A stretch of 17,548 bases of DNA from Pseudomonadota bacterium (GCA_043823065.1 JBDRBB010000024.1:1-17548); one strand, 5' to 3'. Shown: positions 1 to 8,140, counted from the stretch's first letter. Notes: generated by a model from the letters alone, not told the origin. Translations and numbers: made by a program.

Positions 1-1103
1 AGATTCAATGCCTGGATATTGATAAGATTCCTATTCCTGAAGATTTAAACCAAGTTCTGTTTCGGTTGATTTCTTCACCAAACTTAGCCAAAAAATCTTG
101 GATTTGGGAACAGTACGACCATATGGTTATGACCAATACAGTAATTCAGCCTGGTGGAGATGCTGCAGTGGTACGGGTTAAACCATATATTAATTCTCAT
201 TTACATTCAGAGGTGCCTAAAGCAAGCAAGCCGGAGAAGGGTGTAGCCCTGACTTCGGATTGTAATAGCAGGTATTGTTATCTCGATCCTTGGACAGGCG
301 CAGCTTTGGCTGTTGCTGAGGCGGCACGCAATATCTCGTGTACCGGTGCTACGCCTTTAGCCATTACGGATTGTCTAAATTTTGGAAATCCTGAGAAACC
401 AGAAATTATGTGGCAGTTTGTAAGTAGCTTGGAAGGTATGTCTGAAGCCTGTCGTCAGTTTGAAACACCAGTGGTTAGCGGTAATGTTAGTTTCTATAAT
501 GAAACAAAGGGCAAGGCTATTTATCCTTCACCCGTGGTTGGTATGGTAGGAGTTTTAGATGATATAGATAAATGTTGCACTTCTTGGTGGAAAGATGAAG
601 GAGATGTTATCATTCTTTTGGGTAAAAACGAATTGGAAATTGGTGGTTCAGAATATTTGGAACAAATTCACAAAAAAACAGCTGGTTTGCCGCCGCGTTT
701 GAATTTTCAACGCGAAAAAGCAGTGCAAAAGGTTTGTAGGATAGGTATTGGCAGAGATTTTATTAAATCCGCCCATGATGTCAGTGATGGCGGTCTAGCA
801 ATAGCTTTGGCTGAATGTTCTATTATGCGGCCAGATGGTTTAATGGGGGCTACTGTAAATTTTAATGATGATTTTAGATCTGATGTTCTTTTGTTTGGAG
901 AAACTGCTTCCAGAATATTAATTTCTGCGGCCAAAGAGAATGTGGACATGATGTTAACGATTGCCAAAGCAGAAGGCGCACCAGCTGAAGTAATCGGGCA
1001 GGTTGGCGGAAGACTTCTAAATATTAATAATTATATTTCCGCAGATTTAGCAGAACTGCATAATAAGTGGAGCAATGGTTTGAACGAACATCTGAAATCT
1101 TGA
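1..1103 (+). CDS. purL: Phosphoribosylformylglycinamidine synthase subunit PurL, C-terminal part (5'-truncated by window edge)
   Basis: The frame is open from position 3 (IQCLDIDKIP...) to the stop at 1103. PurL motifs are present: WEQYDHMV, PGGDAAV, AVAEAARN, DCLNFGNPEKPE, PVVSGNVSFYNE, SAHDVSDGGLA, LFGE. It lies upstream of purF. Confidence 0.97.
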   Translation, partial: IQCLDIDKIPIPEDLNQVLFRLISSPNLAKKSWIWEQYDHMVMTNTVIQPGGDAAVVRVKPYINSHLHSEVPKASKPEKGVALTSDCNSRYCYLDPWTGAALAVAEAARNISCTGATPLAITDCLNFGNPEKPEIMWQFVSSLEGMSEACRQFETPVVSGNVSFYNETKGKAIYPSPVVGMVGVLDDIDKCCTSWWKDEGDVIILLGKNELEIGGSEYLEQIHKKTAGLPPRLNFQREKAVQKVCRIGIGRDFIKSAHDVSDGGLAIALAECSIMRPDGLMGATVNFNDDFRSDVLLFGETASRILISAAKENVDMMLTIAKAEGAPAEVIGQVGGRLLNINNYISADLAELHNKWSNGLNEHLKS

Positions 1104-1108
1104 TATTC

Positions 1109-1152
1109 TTCGAGCAAAGTCGAGAAGGATATTGTTCTCGACTACGCTCGAA
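1109..1152. repeat. REP-like palindrome between purL and purF
   Basis: Arms TTCGAGCAAAGTCGAGAA (1109-1126) and TTCTCGACTACGCTCGAA (1135-1152) are reverse complements at 16/18 positions, with an 8-nt loop. Confidence 0.8.
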
Positions 1153-1197
1153 CACTAAACAACGTACGAAGTACGAGCGACGAAAGACGGATTTTAT

Positions 1198-2589
1198 ATG
1201 TGTGGCATTGTCGGCATAACTAATCATCCTGAAGCAGCAAATTTGGCCTATCTTTGTTTGTATGCTTTGCAGCATCGTGGCCAAGAAAGTGTCGGAATTG
1301 TAACTTCTGATGGAAAGAAATTTTTTCAGCACAAAGCCATGGGCTTGGTTGATGAAAATATTTCAGCAAACACTCTCAGTAAGTTGCACGGTAAAAATGC
1401 CATTGGTCACGTTCGTTACTCTACAGCGGGTAGTTCTATTTTGGGTAATGCCCAGCCATTTATAGCCAATACCTTAAAAGGATCTTTGGCCATTGTGCAT
1501 AATGGCAATCTAACTAATGCTATCACCAGGCGTCAGGAAATGGAACATAATGGTTCCATTTTTCAAAGCACTATGGATAGTGAAGTTATTATGCATGAGA
1601 TTGCTGGTCAAAAAGGGGATGGTTTGGTTGATCGCTTGCTCAAGGCTTTGCAAAATGTGGAAGGCGCTTATTCTCTACTCTTGATGGACAATGAAATGCT
1701 CGTGGCAGCGCGTGATCCCAAAGGTTTTCGTCCCTTGTCTATTGGCAAGCTGGATAATTCCTATGTGATCGTTTCTGAAACTTGTGCCCTGGATTTGATT
1801 AACGCCAAATTTTTAAGGGAAGTTAAGCCAGGTGAAATTGTGGCGATCAAAGGTGGTGAGCTGCAATCTTGGCAAATTTTTCCAGGAAACGATAAAGATA
1901 AAAAAGCGCATTGTATTTTTGAATATGTTTACTTTGCCAGGCCAGATAGCTCTGTGTTTGGTAGAGATGTTTATCCCATCCGCAAAGGTTTTGGCGTGCA
2001 ACTAGCCAGAGAACATCCAGTAGATGCTGATGTAGTTATTGCTGTTCCAGATTCTGGTGTGCCAGCAGCAATAGGTTATGCCCAAGAAGCAAAAATTCCT
2101 TTTGAATTAGGGTTAATTAGGAATCACTATGTTGGTCGTACTTTTATTGAACCTCAAAGTGAGATTAGACACTTTGGTGTGAAAATAAAATTAAATCCTG
2201 TCCATGAAGTTTTAAATAACAAAAGAGTGGTTGTGGTGGATGATTCTATTGTTAGGGGAACCACTTCTAAAAAAATAGTGGAAATGCTGAGAAAGAGTGG
2301 TGCTAAAGAGGTGCATATGCGTATCTCTGCTCCACCTACTGTTTGGCCTTGTTTTTATGGTATTGATACACCAACCAGAAAAGAGCTTGTTGCAGCCAAT
2401 AAATCTGTAGAAGATATTAGAAAATTTATCGGAGCAGACTCTTTAGGGTATCTGTCTCATGAGGGTTTGTATTGGTTTGAGAAACAATCTCCAAAAGAAT
2501 GGTTTTGCGACGCTTGTTTTACCGGGAATTATCCAGTTAATCTAACCGACTATCCCAAGATAATGAAGGAAGCAAAATGCGAATCTTAA
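1198..2589 (+). CDS. purF: Amidophosphoribosyltransferase
   Basis: N-terminal MCG (Ntn nucleophile Cys), LQHRGQES, GHVRYSTAG, HNGNL, CIFEYVYFARPDS, PRPP loop VVVVDDSIVRGTT, PCFYGID and FCDACF (Fe-S ligands). Confidence 0.98.
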   Translation: MCGIVGITNHPEAANLAYLCLYALQHRGQESVGIVTSDGKKFFQHKAMGLVDENISANTLSKLHGKNAIGHVRYSTAGSSILGNAQPFIANTLKGSLAIVHNGNLTNAITRRQEMEHNGSIFQSTMDSEVIMHEIAGQKGDGLVDRLLKALQNVEGAYSLLLMDNEMLVAARDPKGFRPLSIGKLDNSYVIVSETCALDLINAKFLREVKPGEIVAIKGGELQSWQIFPGNDKDKKAHCIFEYVYFARPDSSVFGRDVYPIRKGFGVQLAREHPVDADVVIAVPDSGVPAAIGYAQEAKIPFELGLIRNHYVGRTFIEPQSEIRHFGVKIKLNPVHEVLNNKRVVVVDDSIVRGTTSKKIVEMLRKSGAKEVHMRISAPPTVWPCFYGIDTPTRKELVAANKSVEDIRKFIGADSLGYLSHEGLYWFEKQSPKEWFCDACFTGNYPVNLTDYPKIMKEAKCES

Positions 2590-3518
2590 TTACAGGTTCA
2601 GCAGGGTATCTTGGCTCAAAACTAGTAACTAAGCTCAAAGTGCGTGAAGATGTTCAAATCTTTGGCATTGATGTCAAAAAGCCGCCAAACGAGAAAGATT
2701 ATGAACTTTTTGTCTTGGGTTCGGTGGTAGATCAAAGAATCCTACAGAAGCTGTTTGAAGCTGCTCAGGCAGATATAGCAATTCATTTGGCGTTTGCAGT
2801 GAACCCCCTGCATGATGAAAAAAAAGAAGTAGAAATTGATATTAAAGGTTCAGAGTTTTTTCTGGAAGGATGTAGAAAACATCAAGTTAAAAAAGTTATT
2901 TTTATGTCAAGCGCTGCAGCTTATGGTGCGCATCCAGATAGCAGATTGCCTTATACTGAAGATAGTCCGGTGAGAGGTAATGACTCCTATATTTACTCTC
3001 GTCTAAAAGCAGCCACTGATAGGATTGCACATAAGTTTGCACAAGAAAATCCTGCCTGCAAGTTAGTTCTGCTTAGACCTTGCTTGTTTTTAGGTCCAAA
3101 CACCAGTAATAGTTTTTTTGAGGTTTTAAAGTTTCCATTTTTTCCGCAAATTCTAGATGCTTCAGGTAGGCGTGATCCAGGTTTTCAGTTTATCCATGAA
3201 GAAGATATGGCCAGTTGCATGCTGGCGGCGATTGATAAAAATGTGCAAGGGGATTTTAATATTGCTCCTGATGACACTGTTAAGCTTTCGGAAATAGCCA
3301 AGATGGCTCATAAAAGATGTTTGGCCATGCCTCTATGGCTCCTTCAGGTAGTAACATTTTTTTTGTGGAAATGTCATCTTATAGGCGCCCCTCCAGGACA
3401 GCTAGATTTCATGCGTTATTCCTGGGTGATGGATAATTCTAAGCTGAAAAAAGAACTATATCAGCCCCAATATTCATCGAGCCAGGCTTTGCGGGAATTC
3501 TTGGATGCAAAAAAATAA
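2577..3518 (+). CDS. NAD-dependent epimerase/dehydratase (extended SDR family)
   Basis: Rossmann motif ITGSAGYLG, HLAF, SSAAAYG and catalytic YxxxK (YSRLK). Overlaps the purF stop by 13 nt. Confidence 0.9.
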   Translation: MRILITGSAGYLGSKLVTKLKVREDVQIFGIDVKKPPNEKDYELFVLGSVVDQRILQKLFEAAQADIAIHLAFAVNPLHDEKKEVEIDIKGSEFFLEGCRKHQVKKVIFMSSAAAYGAHPDSRLPYTEDSPVRGNDSYIYSRLKAATDRIAHKFAQENPACKLVLLRPCLFLGPNTSNSFFEVLKFPFFPQILDASGRRDPGFQFIHEEDMASCMLAAIDKNVQGDFNIAPDDTVKLSEIAKMAHKRCLAMPLWLLQVVTFFLWKCHLIGAPPGQLDFMRYSWVMDNSKLKKELYQPQYSSSQALREFLDAKK

Positions 3519-3532
3519 GGACTTCTTCATAT

Positions 3533-3560
3533 TTGCTTGCATTAATTTTCAATTTATACT
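3533..3560 (+). promoter_or_regulatory. Possible sigma-70 promoter for the small ORF at 3612
   Basis: TTGCTT (3533-3538), 16-nt spacer, TATACT (3555-3560). Confidence 0.35.
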
Positions 3561-3611
3561 AATCAACTCTGTATATTGTTATTAAACCCAGCCCACAAGG
3601 AGGAAAAGAAA

Positions 3612-3737
3612 ATGAAAGCAAGAGCGCCGGTCCCCATGAGCAGTAGAGAAACGATGCAAAACACAAATCAAGTATCTTCTATTATTACCCTCATTATTAA
3701 TCTCCATCTTTATTTTAGTTTCCGTCTCTGGAACTAG
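3612..3737 (+). CDS. Putative 41-aa small protein (MKARAPVPMSSRETMQNTNQVSSIITLIINLHLYFSFRLWN), not in the ORF track
   Basis: Perfect SD AAGGAGG at 3597-3603, 8 nt before ATG 3612. TAG at 3735-3737. Hydrophobic C-terminal half. Confidence 0.45.
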   Translation: MKARAPVPMSSRETMQNTNQVSSIITLIINLHLYFSFRLWN

Positions 3738-3797
3738 AATATTTTTTAAATTTTTTCACCCACAATTTAATAGTTTTTTAAGTTTTTAACCAATGAT

Positions 3798-3866
3798 TGT
3801 CATTCTGAGTTTGCTAATAGCGAACGAAGAATCCAGTGTGGATCCTCTGTAGCGCTCAGGATGACA
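3798..3866. repeat. REP-like palindrome (TGTCATTCTGAG...CTCAGGATGACA type)
   Basis: Terminal arms TGTCATTCTGAG / CTCAGGATGACA, with inner GAAGAATCC...GGATCCTCT. Confidence 0.85.
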
Positions 3867-3888
3867 CCCTAAATTAAGGAGGTTCAAA

Positions 3889-4425
3889 ATGTATTCAACA
3901 GGTGAAGGTGTTTGTGGCGTAGGTCAGAGATGTTATGCTTATCCAAATGAAGCAGCAGAATTGGCAGGTTTGTCAGAAGGGTTTAGGGATCAAGAATATA
4001 CAGTAACCTTAGCAGAAAATGGTTCTTATTATTTGTCAGGAAGCTCAGCATTCAGTGAGGCTTTTCGCGTGGAAGTGCCTGAAGAGGGTGAAACTGTGGA
4101 GACATATTCTATATGCAACTCTGGACCTGGACGTAGTTGTCAAACTTTGAGAGCTACTTTGTTTAATCCAGAGCAAACTGCTCTTTTTAGAGAACAGTTA
4201 GCCTTAGTAGTGCGGCCTGAACGCGTGAGTGGGGGTTGTGCTGTGGTGCCAAACGTGGGAGGCATTAATAATGAAGCTTATTCAGCGATGATAGATGTGG
4301 GCCCATTTGTTCGTGCAGCTTGGAGTTGGATAAGGAGTGCATTAGAAACCTATTCCAATGCTGAAAATTCAGCATATAGAAATAATTGGGCTAGAATGTG
4401 GAATGATACAGCTGCTGTGAGATAG
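3889..4425 (+). CDS. Hypothetical protein, 178 aa, lysine-free, no signal peptide
   Basis: SD AAGGAGG at 3876-3882 and a terminator downstream. No recognisable family motif. 0 Lys, 13 Arg. Confidence 0.75.
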   Translation: MYSTGEGVCGVGQRCYAYPNEAAELAGLSEGFRDQEYTVTLAENGSYYLSGSSAFSEAFRVEVPEEGETVETYSICNSGPGRSCQTLRATLFNPEQTALFREQLALVVRPERVSGGCAVVPNVGGINNEAYSAMIDVGPFVRAAWSWIRSALETYSNAENSAYRNNWARMWNDTAAVR

Positions 4426-4444
4426 TTATAACTTGGTTTAATTT

Positions 4445-4477
4445 AAAAGGTCCTGCTAGTAAGGCAGGACCTTTTTT
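4445..4477. terminator. Bidirectional intrinsic terminator
   Basis: AAAAGGTCCTGC-tagtaag-GCAGGACCTTTTTT between the convergent ORF 3889 and dnaJ. Confidence 0.9.
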
Positions 4478-5444
4478 ATACCTGTTTAGGGTCATACGGA
4501 AATTTTTCCGCAAGTTCGGAAATGGTTTTTTTCATTTCTCCAGGCAGATCTTTAGGTGGCACAACTTTGACAATAACATATTGGTCGCCGCGTTTACCTT
4601 TTTTACCTAAAATAGGCGCGCCTTGATTCTTAATCCGAAATTTTTGCCCACCAGCAGTGCCAGCTGGAATCTTCATTTTAGCATGACCCTCAATTGTGGG
4701 TACTTCCACTGACGCTCCAAGCACAGCATCATAAATGGTAATCGGCACTTCAGTATAAATGTCTGCAGCTTCCCGCCAAAATTCAGGATGCGGAGCAACT
4801 TGAATATGCAAATACAAATCACCAGCTTGGCCACCGCCAAAACCAGGTTGACCTTTGCCGCTAACCCGCACTTTAGAACCATTATCCACACCAGCAGGAA
4901 TTTTTACGGTAATACGTTCAACTTTATCACCGCGCTTAATTGAGATAACTCTTTTAGTGCCGCTGATTGCCTCATTAAAACCAATTTCGATATTGGTAAA
5001 AGTATCTTGGCCATTCACTGCTTCTTCTTGATAAGTCTGCTTTGGCCTGCGACCGGTTTTTGGACCTTGGCGAATTCCGCCCATATTGAAAAGTTCGCTA
5101 AACAAATCTCCTAGATCGCCAAAACCTTCAGGGTTGCTATTAGGTCCGGTTTGATATCTATAATAAGTGCCGCCGCCTGGAGCGCCACCACCAGCTTGTT
5201 GCCAATCAAATCCGCCAAAACCAGGGCCTGGGCCGCCAGAACCAAACATGTCGTATTTTTTTCTTTGGTCAGTATCTGAAAGCACATTATAAGCTTCAGA
5301 AATTTCCTTAAATTTATCTTCAGTGCTTTTATCGCCTTTGCTTAAATCAGGGTGATATTGCTTAGCCAAACGGCGATAAGCCTTTTTGATATCATCTTGG
5401 GAAGCATTACGTGGTACTCCTAATATTTGGTAGTAGTCTTTCAT
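4476..5444 (-). CDS. DnaJ class B / CbpA-like co-chaperone (J-domain, G/F-rich linker, C-terminal domain, no zinc finger)
   Basis: [35 protein letters not shown], a G/F-rich region, [17 protein letters not shown] and GDQYV. No CxxCxGxG repeats. Confidence 0.93.
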   Translation of the reverse strand: MKDYYQILGVPRNASQDDIKKAYRRLAKQYHPDLSKGDKSTEDKFKEISEAYNVLSDTDQRKKYDMFGSGGPGPGFGGFDWQQAGGGAPGGGTYYRYQTGPNSNPEGFGDLGDLFSELFNMGGIRQGPKTGRRPKQTYQEEAVNGQDTFTNIEIGFNEAISGTKRVISIKRGDKVERITVKIPAGVDNGSKVRVSGKGQPGFGGGQAGDLYLHIQVAPHPEFWREAADIYTEVPITIYDAVLGASVEVPTIEGHAKMKIPAGTAGGQKFRIKNQGAPILGKKGKRGDQYVIVKVVPPKDLPGEMKKTISELAEKFPYDPKQV

Positions 5445-5455
5445 ATATACCTTTC

Positions 5456-5496
5456 TGTCATCGCGAGGAGCGTAAGCGACGTGGCGATCCAGATTG
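5456..5496. repeat. REP-like element (single arm plus truncated second arm)
   Basis: TGTCATCGCGAGGAGCGTAAGCGACGTGGCGATCCAGATTG matches the GTCATTGCGAG..AGCGACGTGGCAATC palindromic-repeat pattern. It lies between nuoI and dnaJ. Confidence 0.7.
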
Positions 5497-5498
5497 TT

Positions 5499-6011
5499 TT
5501 ACAGAGAGCATGATAAGTCATCGGTATTAGCGGCAGAATTATCTATCAGCTTATTCTTAGTATATATCAATAAACTCTTTTCAAAACTTACATTCTCATA
5601 CTTAGCAGTATCCATCCGGATAGCATCGCATGGGCAGGCTTCCACGCATAAACCGCAAAACACACAGCGCAACATATCAATCTTAAATTTCCTGGCTCGT
5701 TTTTCAATCAAAGGATCAGCAACTTCTTCTGCCTCAATCTCAATGCAATTAGCAGGACAAACCGTAACGCATAGCATACAAGCAGTGCAGCGAATTTCTC
5801 CATTTTCACGCTGCATTAAACGATGTTCAGCTCTATAACCTGCTGGCAGTGGATGTTTTTGTTCAGGATATTCAATAGTCATGCGCTTGCGCATATGAAT
5901 AAAATTGCGCAAAAAATGCCGCCCAGTAATTAAGAGCCCGCGAATAATTTCTGGAAGATAAATCCGTTCCCACAAATTCATTTTAAGCTTACGGTCAATA
6001 AAATATGCCAT
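5499..6011 (-). CDS. nuoI: NADH-quinone oxidoreductase subunit I (2x[4Fe-4S]), stand-alone copy
   Basis: TIEYPEQK, YRAEHRL, CTACMLCVTVCP, FKIDMLRCVFCGLCVEACPCDAI and LIYTK. Confidence 0.92.
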   Translation of the reverse strand: MAYFIDRKLKMNLWERIYLPEIIRGLLITGRHFLRNFIHMRKRMTIEYPEQKHPLPAGYRAEHRLMQRENGEIRCTACMLCVTVCPANCIEIEAEEVADPLIEKRARKFKIDMLRCVFCGLCVEACPCDAIRMDTAKYENVSFEKSLLIYTKNKLIDNSAANTDDLSCSL

Positions 6012-6026
6012 GAAAATCCACTATCG

Positions 6027-6094
6027 GACCATTGACCATTGACCATTGACCATTGACTTTAAGGTCTATGGTCTATTGTCCATGGTCTATGGTC
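6027..6094. repeat. Inverted pair of heptamer tandem arrays (GACCATT x4 + GAC / GGTCTAT-type x4 + GGTC)
   Basis: Read directly: gaccatt x4 at 6027-6054, then tttaag, then ggtctat ggtctat tgtccat ggtctat ggtc at 6063-6094. Confidence 0.9.
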
Positions 6095-6097
6095 ATA

Positions 6098-6655
6098 TTA
6101 TCCCTTACCCTTTGCTACTGTTATCTCTTTCTGGGCCTGATATTTACCTTTTTTATCTGCATAAGAAACTGCGCATTCTTCAGCAGCCTCTAAAAACAAT
6201 ACTTGGCCAATACCTTCTCCAGCATAAATTTTTGCAGGCAAACTAGAATGATTGCTAATGGCAATGGTAGCGTGTCCTTCCCATTCTGGCTCAAATGGAG
6301 TGACGTTTACACTGAGTCCACATCTGGCATAAGTCGATTTGCCATAACAAATTGTAATAATATTTCTAGGAATACGGAAATATTCCACTGTTTGAGCTAG
6401 AACAAAACTATTAGCAGGGATTTCGCAAATATCTCCGGTAAAATCAGTAAAATAGTTAGTATTAGCAAAGTTTTTTGGGTCAATAATTGTATTTTTACCA
6501 GGGGTAAATATCTTGAAATTATTGCTAATTCGGAAATCATAGCCATATGAGGATAGCCCAAAAGAGATGCCTTGGCGGATTTGTTCTGGAGAAAAAGGTT
6601 CAATCATATTGTACTCTAAAGCCATATTGCGTATCCATTTATCAGATTTTACCAT
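6098..6655 (-). CDS. dcd: dCTP deaminase
   Basis: [58 protein letters not shown] and [19 protein letters not shown] upstream. Confidence 0.97.
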   Translation of the reverse strand: MVKSDKWIRNMALEYNMIEPFSPEQIRQGISFGLSSYGYDFRISNNFKIFTPGKNTIIDPKNFANTNYFTDFTGDICEIPANSFVLAQTVEYFRIPRNIITICYGKSTYARCGLSVNVTPFEPEWEGHATIAISNHSSLPAKIYAGEGIGQVLFLEAAEECAVSYADKKGKYQAQKEITVAKGKG

Positions 6656-6729
6656 GTATTCCTCCTTAAGACAGTTATAAGTTTGCTGTTGAAAGTTTAA
6701 CGTTTAATGATAATAGGTTGTATGCTCCT

Positions 6730-6745
6730 TTGACAAGCATGTCAA
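6730..6745. promoter_or_regulatory. Perfect dyad TTGACA-N4-TGTCAA between divergent dcd and mtgA; the minus-strand half may be the dcd -35
   Basis: TTGACA agca TGTCAA. On the minus strand it reads TTGACA-17 nt-TACAAC. Confidence 0.45.
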
Positions 6746-6755
6746 TTACACGAAT

Positions 6756-7436
6756 ATGGGAAAAAAGAAAACAATAACTAGGAAAATATTTTATGCCTCA
6801 TTGGTTTGTATAGGTTTGAGTTGGATTTATATTTTATATAGTTTTTTATCTTTGCCTTTTACCTTAGATTTAAAAATCAAAAATCCAACACGTACTGCCT
6901 ATATGGATTATTATAATGGTGATAAGCCTGTAAAGATGAAGTGGAAAAGTTTTAATCAAATTTCGCCAAACTTAAGGCGCGCAGTTATCTTAGCCGAGGA
7001 TTCTAGGTTTTGGAAACATCATGGTTTTGATTGGGAAGCTATTAAAGAAGCTGCTGAAGAAAACTGGGAAGCCAAGTCTTTTGTGAGAGGGGCATCAACA
7101 ATTACTCAGCAGTTAGCTAGAAACCTATATTTATCTCCAGCTAAAAATCCTTTTCGTAAACTCAAAGAATTATTCATTGCCATGAAACTGGAACGAGAAT
7201 TATCCAAACAGCGTATTTTAGAGCTGTATCTAAACTTGGTGGAATGGGGTGATGGTATTTATGGTGCTGAAGCAGCAGCTAATCACTATTTTGGAATATC
7301 AGCAGCAGCACTGGATCAATGGCAAGCAGCTTATTTGTCAGCTATGTTGCCTAAGCCCAGATATTATCAACGTAACCCAGAAAGCCAATATCTAAATCGC
7401 AGAACTGAGATTGTGGAGGGGATTTTGAGGAAATAA
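6756..7436 (+). CDS. mtgA: Monofunctional biosynthetic peptidoglycan transglycosylase (GT51)
   Basis: N-terminal TM anchor. GT51 motifs EDSRFWKHHGFD, RGASTITQQLARNLYL, RKLKE, KQRILELYLN and GIYGAEAAANHYFG. No transpeptidase domain. Confidence 0.96.
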   Translation: MGKKKTITRKIFYASLVCIGLSWIYILYSFLSLPFTLDLKIKNPTRTAYMDYYNGDKPVKMKWKSFNQISPNLRRAVILAEDSRFWKHHGFDWEAIKEAAEENWEAKSFVRGASTITQQLARNLYLSPAKNPFRKLKELFIAMKLERELSKQRILELYLNLVEWGDGIYGAEAAANHYFGISAAALDQWQAAYLSAMLPKPRYYQRNPESQYLNRRTEIVEGILRK

Positions 7437-7444
7437 AATAATAA

Positions 7445-7471
7445 GCAACTTTTTTAGCTAAGCTGCGATAA
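7445..7471 (+). promoter_or_regulatory. Sigma-28-like promoter motif, copy 1
   Basis: GCAA-N15-TGCGATAA (AAGCAACTTTTTTAGCTAAGCTGCGATAA), upstream of the orphan at 7494. Confidence 0.6.
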
Positions 7472-7493
7472 TTTGGCTATAGAGGAGGGCACG

Positions 7494-7895
7494 ATGAGTA
7501 TCCAAGCCTTAAATCAAGCAATTAGCACAGCTAGAAGTGATGGAGTTTTTGATGCAAGTGATGTTCAAACAATTACAGGTCAAAGTGTAATTGGTCAGCA
7601 CTTGAATGCAAAAGAGTGTAGAAGGCTCCAAGAATTAGTTGGGGAGCTTAGAAATAATCCGCAAGGAATTCTTGTCCAAGATAACGCGGTAGTCCAGCTA
7701 GAAGCCTATTTGCAAAGAACACCAAACTATAATGACCAGGTTGATATTACCAGTTTTGAAATATTAGGTGGTTGTTTGGTAGCAGGAGTGGTTGCCTCAA
7801 TTGCTCTGAAAAATCCATTTCCTTTGGTTGGAGGTTTTTTTGTTGGTCTAATTGCAGCAGGTATATATCATCCGTATGCAGGATCGCAGGATTAG
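7494..7895 (+). CDS. Hypothetical protein, 133 aa, C-terminal hydrophobic Gly-rich helical hairpin
   Basis: ATG at 7494 is preferred over TTG 7473 because SD GAGGAGG lies directly upstream. Two C-terminal hydrophobic segments (ILGGCLVAGVVASIAL, LVGGFFVGLIAAGIY). Only 2 Lys. Confidence 0.7.
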   Translation: MSIQALNQAISTARSDGVFDASDVQTITGQSVIGQHLNAKECRRLQELVGELRNNPQGILVQDNAVVQLEAYLQRTPNYNDQVDITSFEILGGCLVAGVVASIALKNPFPLVGGFFVGLIAAGIYHPYAGSQD

Positions 7896-7931
7896 TTTGT
7901 TATTCTAGTGGAACCGTCTTCCTTAAATTAA

Positions 7932-7955
7932 AAAACCGACCAAAAGGTCGGTTTT
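7932..7955. terminator. Bidirectional intrinsic terminator
   Basis: AAAACCGACC-aaaa-GGTCGGTTTT between ORF 7494 and the convergent tRNA. Confidence 0.9.
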
Positions 7956-7960
7956 AATTG

Positions 7961-8033
7961 CGTCCCCAGGGGGATTCGAACCCCCGCTGCCGCCGTGAAA
8001 GGGCGGTGTCCTAGGCCTCTAGACGATGGGGAC
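7961..8033 (-). tRNA. tRNA-Glu (TTC), CCA not encoded
   Basis: Minus strand: GTCCCCA acceptor pairing with TGGGGAC, D-arm TCGTCTAGAGGCCTAGGAC, anticodon arm CCGCC-CTTTCAC-GGCGG, T-arm GGGGG-TTCGAAT-CCCCC, discriminator G followed by CAA. Confidence 0.97.
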
Positions 8034-8057
8034 AATTCATTAATTATCAGGTCTCGC

Positions 8058-8086
8058 CATGTAGCAAAGCGCCAATATAATGTCAA
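8058..8086 (-). promoter_or_regulatory. Probable sigma-70 promoter of tRNA-Glu
   Basis: Minus strand TTGACA (8086-8081), 17-nt spacer ending in TGC, then TACATG. Confidence 0.5.
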
Positions 8087-8113
8087 TAAAACTCGATAAT
8101 TGTTGAGAAATAA

Positions 8114-8140
8114 GCAACATTTTTTGTTTTTTGCCGATAA
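8114..8140 (+). promoter_or_regulatory. Sigma-28-like promoter motif, copy 2
   Basis: GCAA-N15-GCCGATAA, with an exact match to the canonical FliA -10 box. Upstream of the orphan at 8178. Confidence 0.7.

Noticed and set aside
4228..4263. SGGCAVVP in ORF 3889 as a MYXO-CTERM-type sorting signal
   Set aside because: It is not followed by a TM helix and basic tail, and the protein has no N-terminal signal peptide.
6046..6246. 66-aa plus-strand ORF starting in the heptamer array
   Set aside because: Its N-terminus is translated repeat (LLSMVYG) and the rest is antisense to dcd. It has no SD.
7958..7961. Missing CCA on tRNA-Glu as a sign of pseudogenisation
   Set aside because: All stems are intact, and many bacteria add CCA post-transcriptionally.
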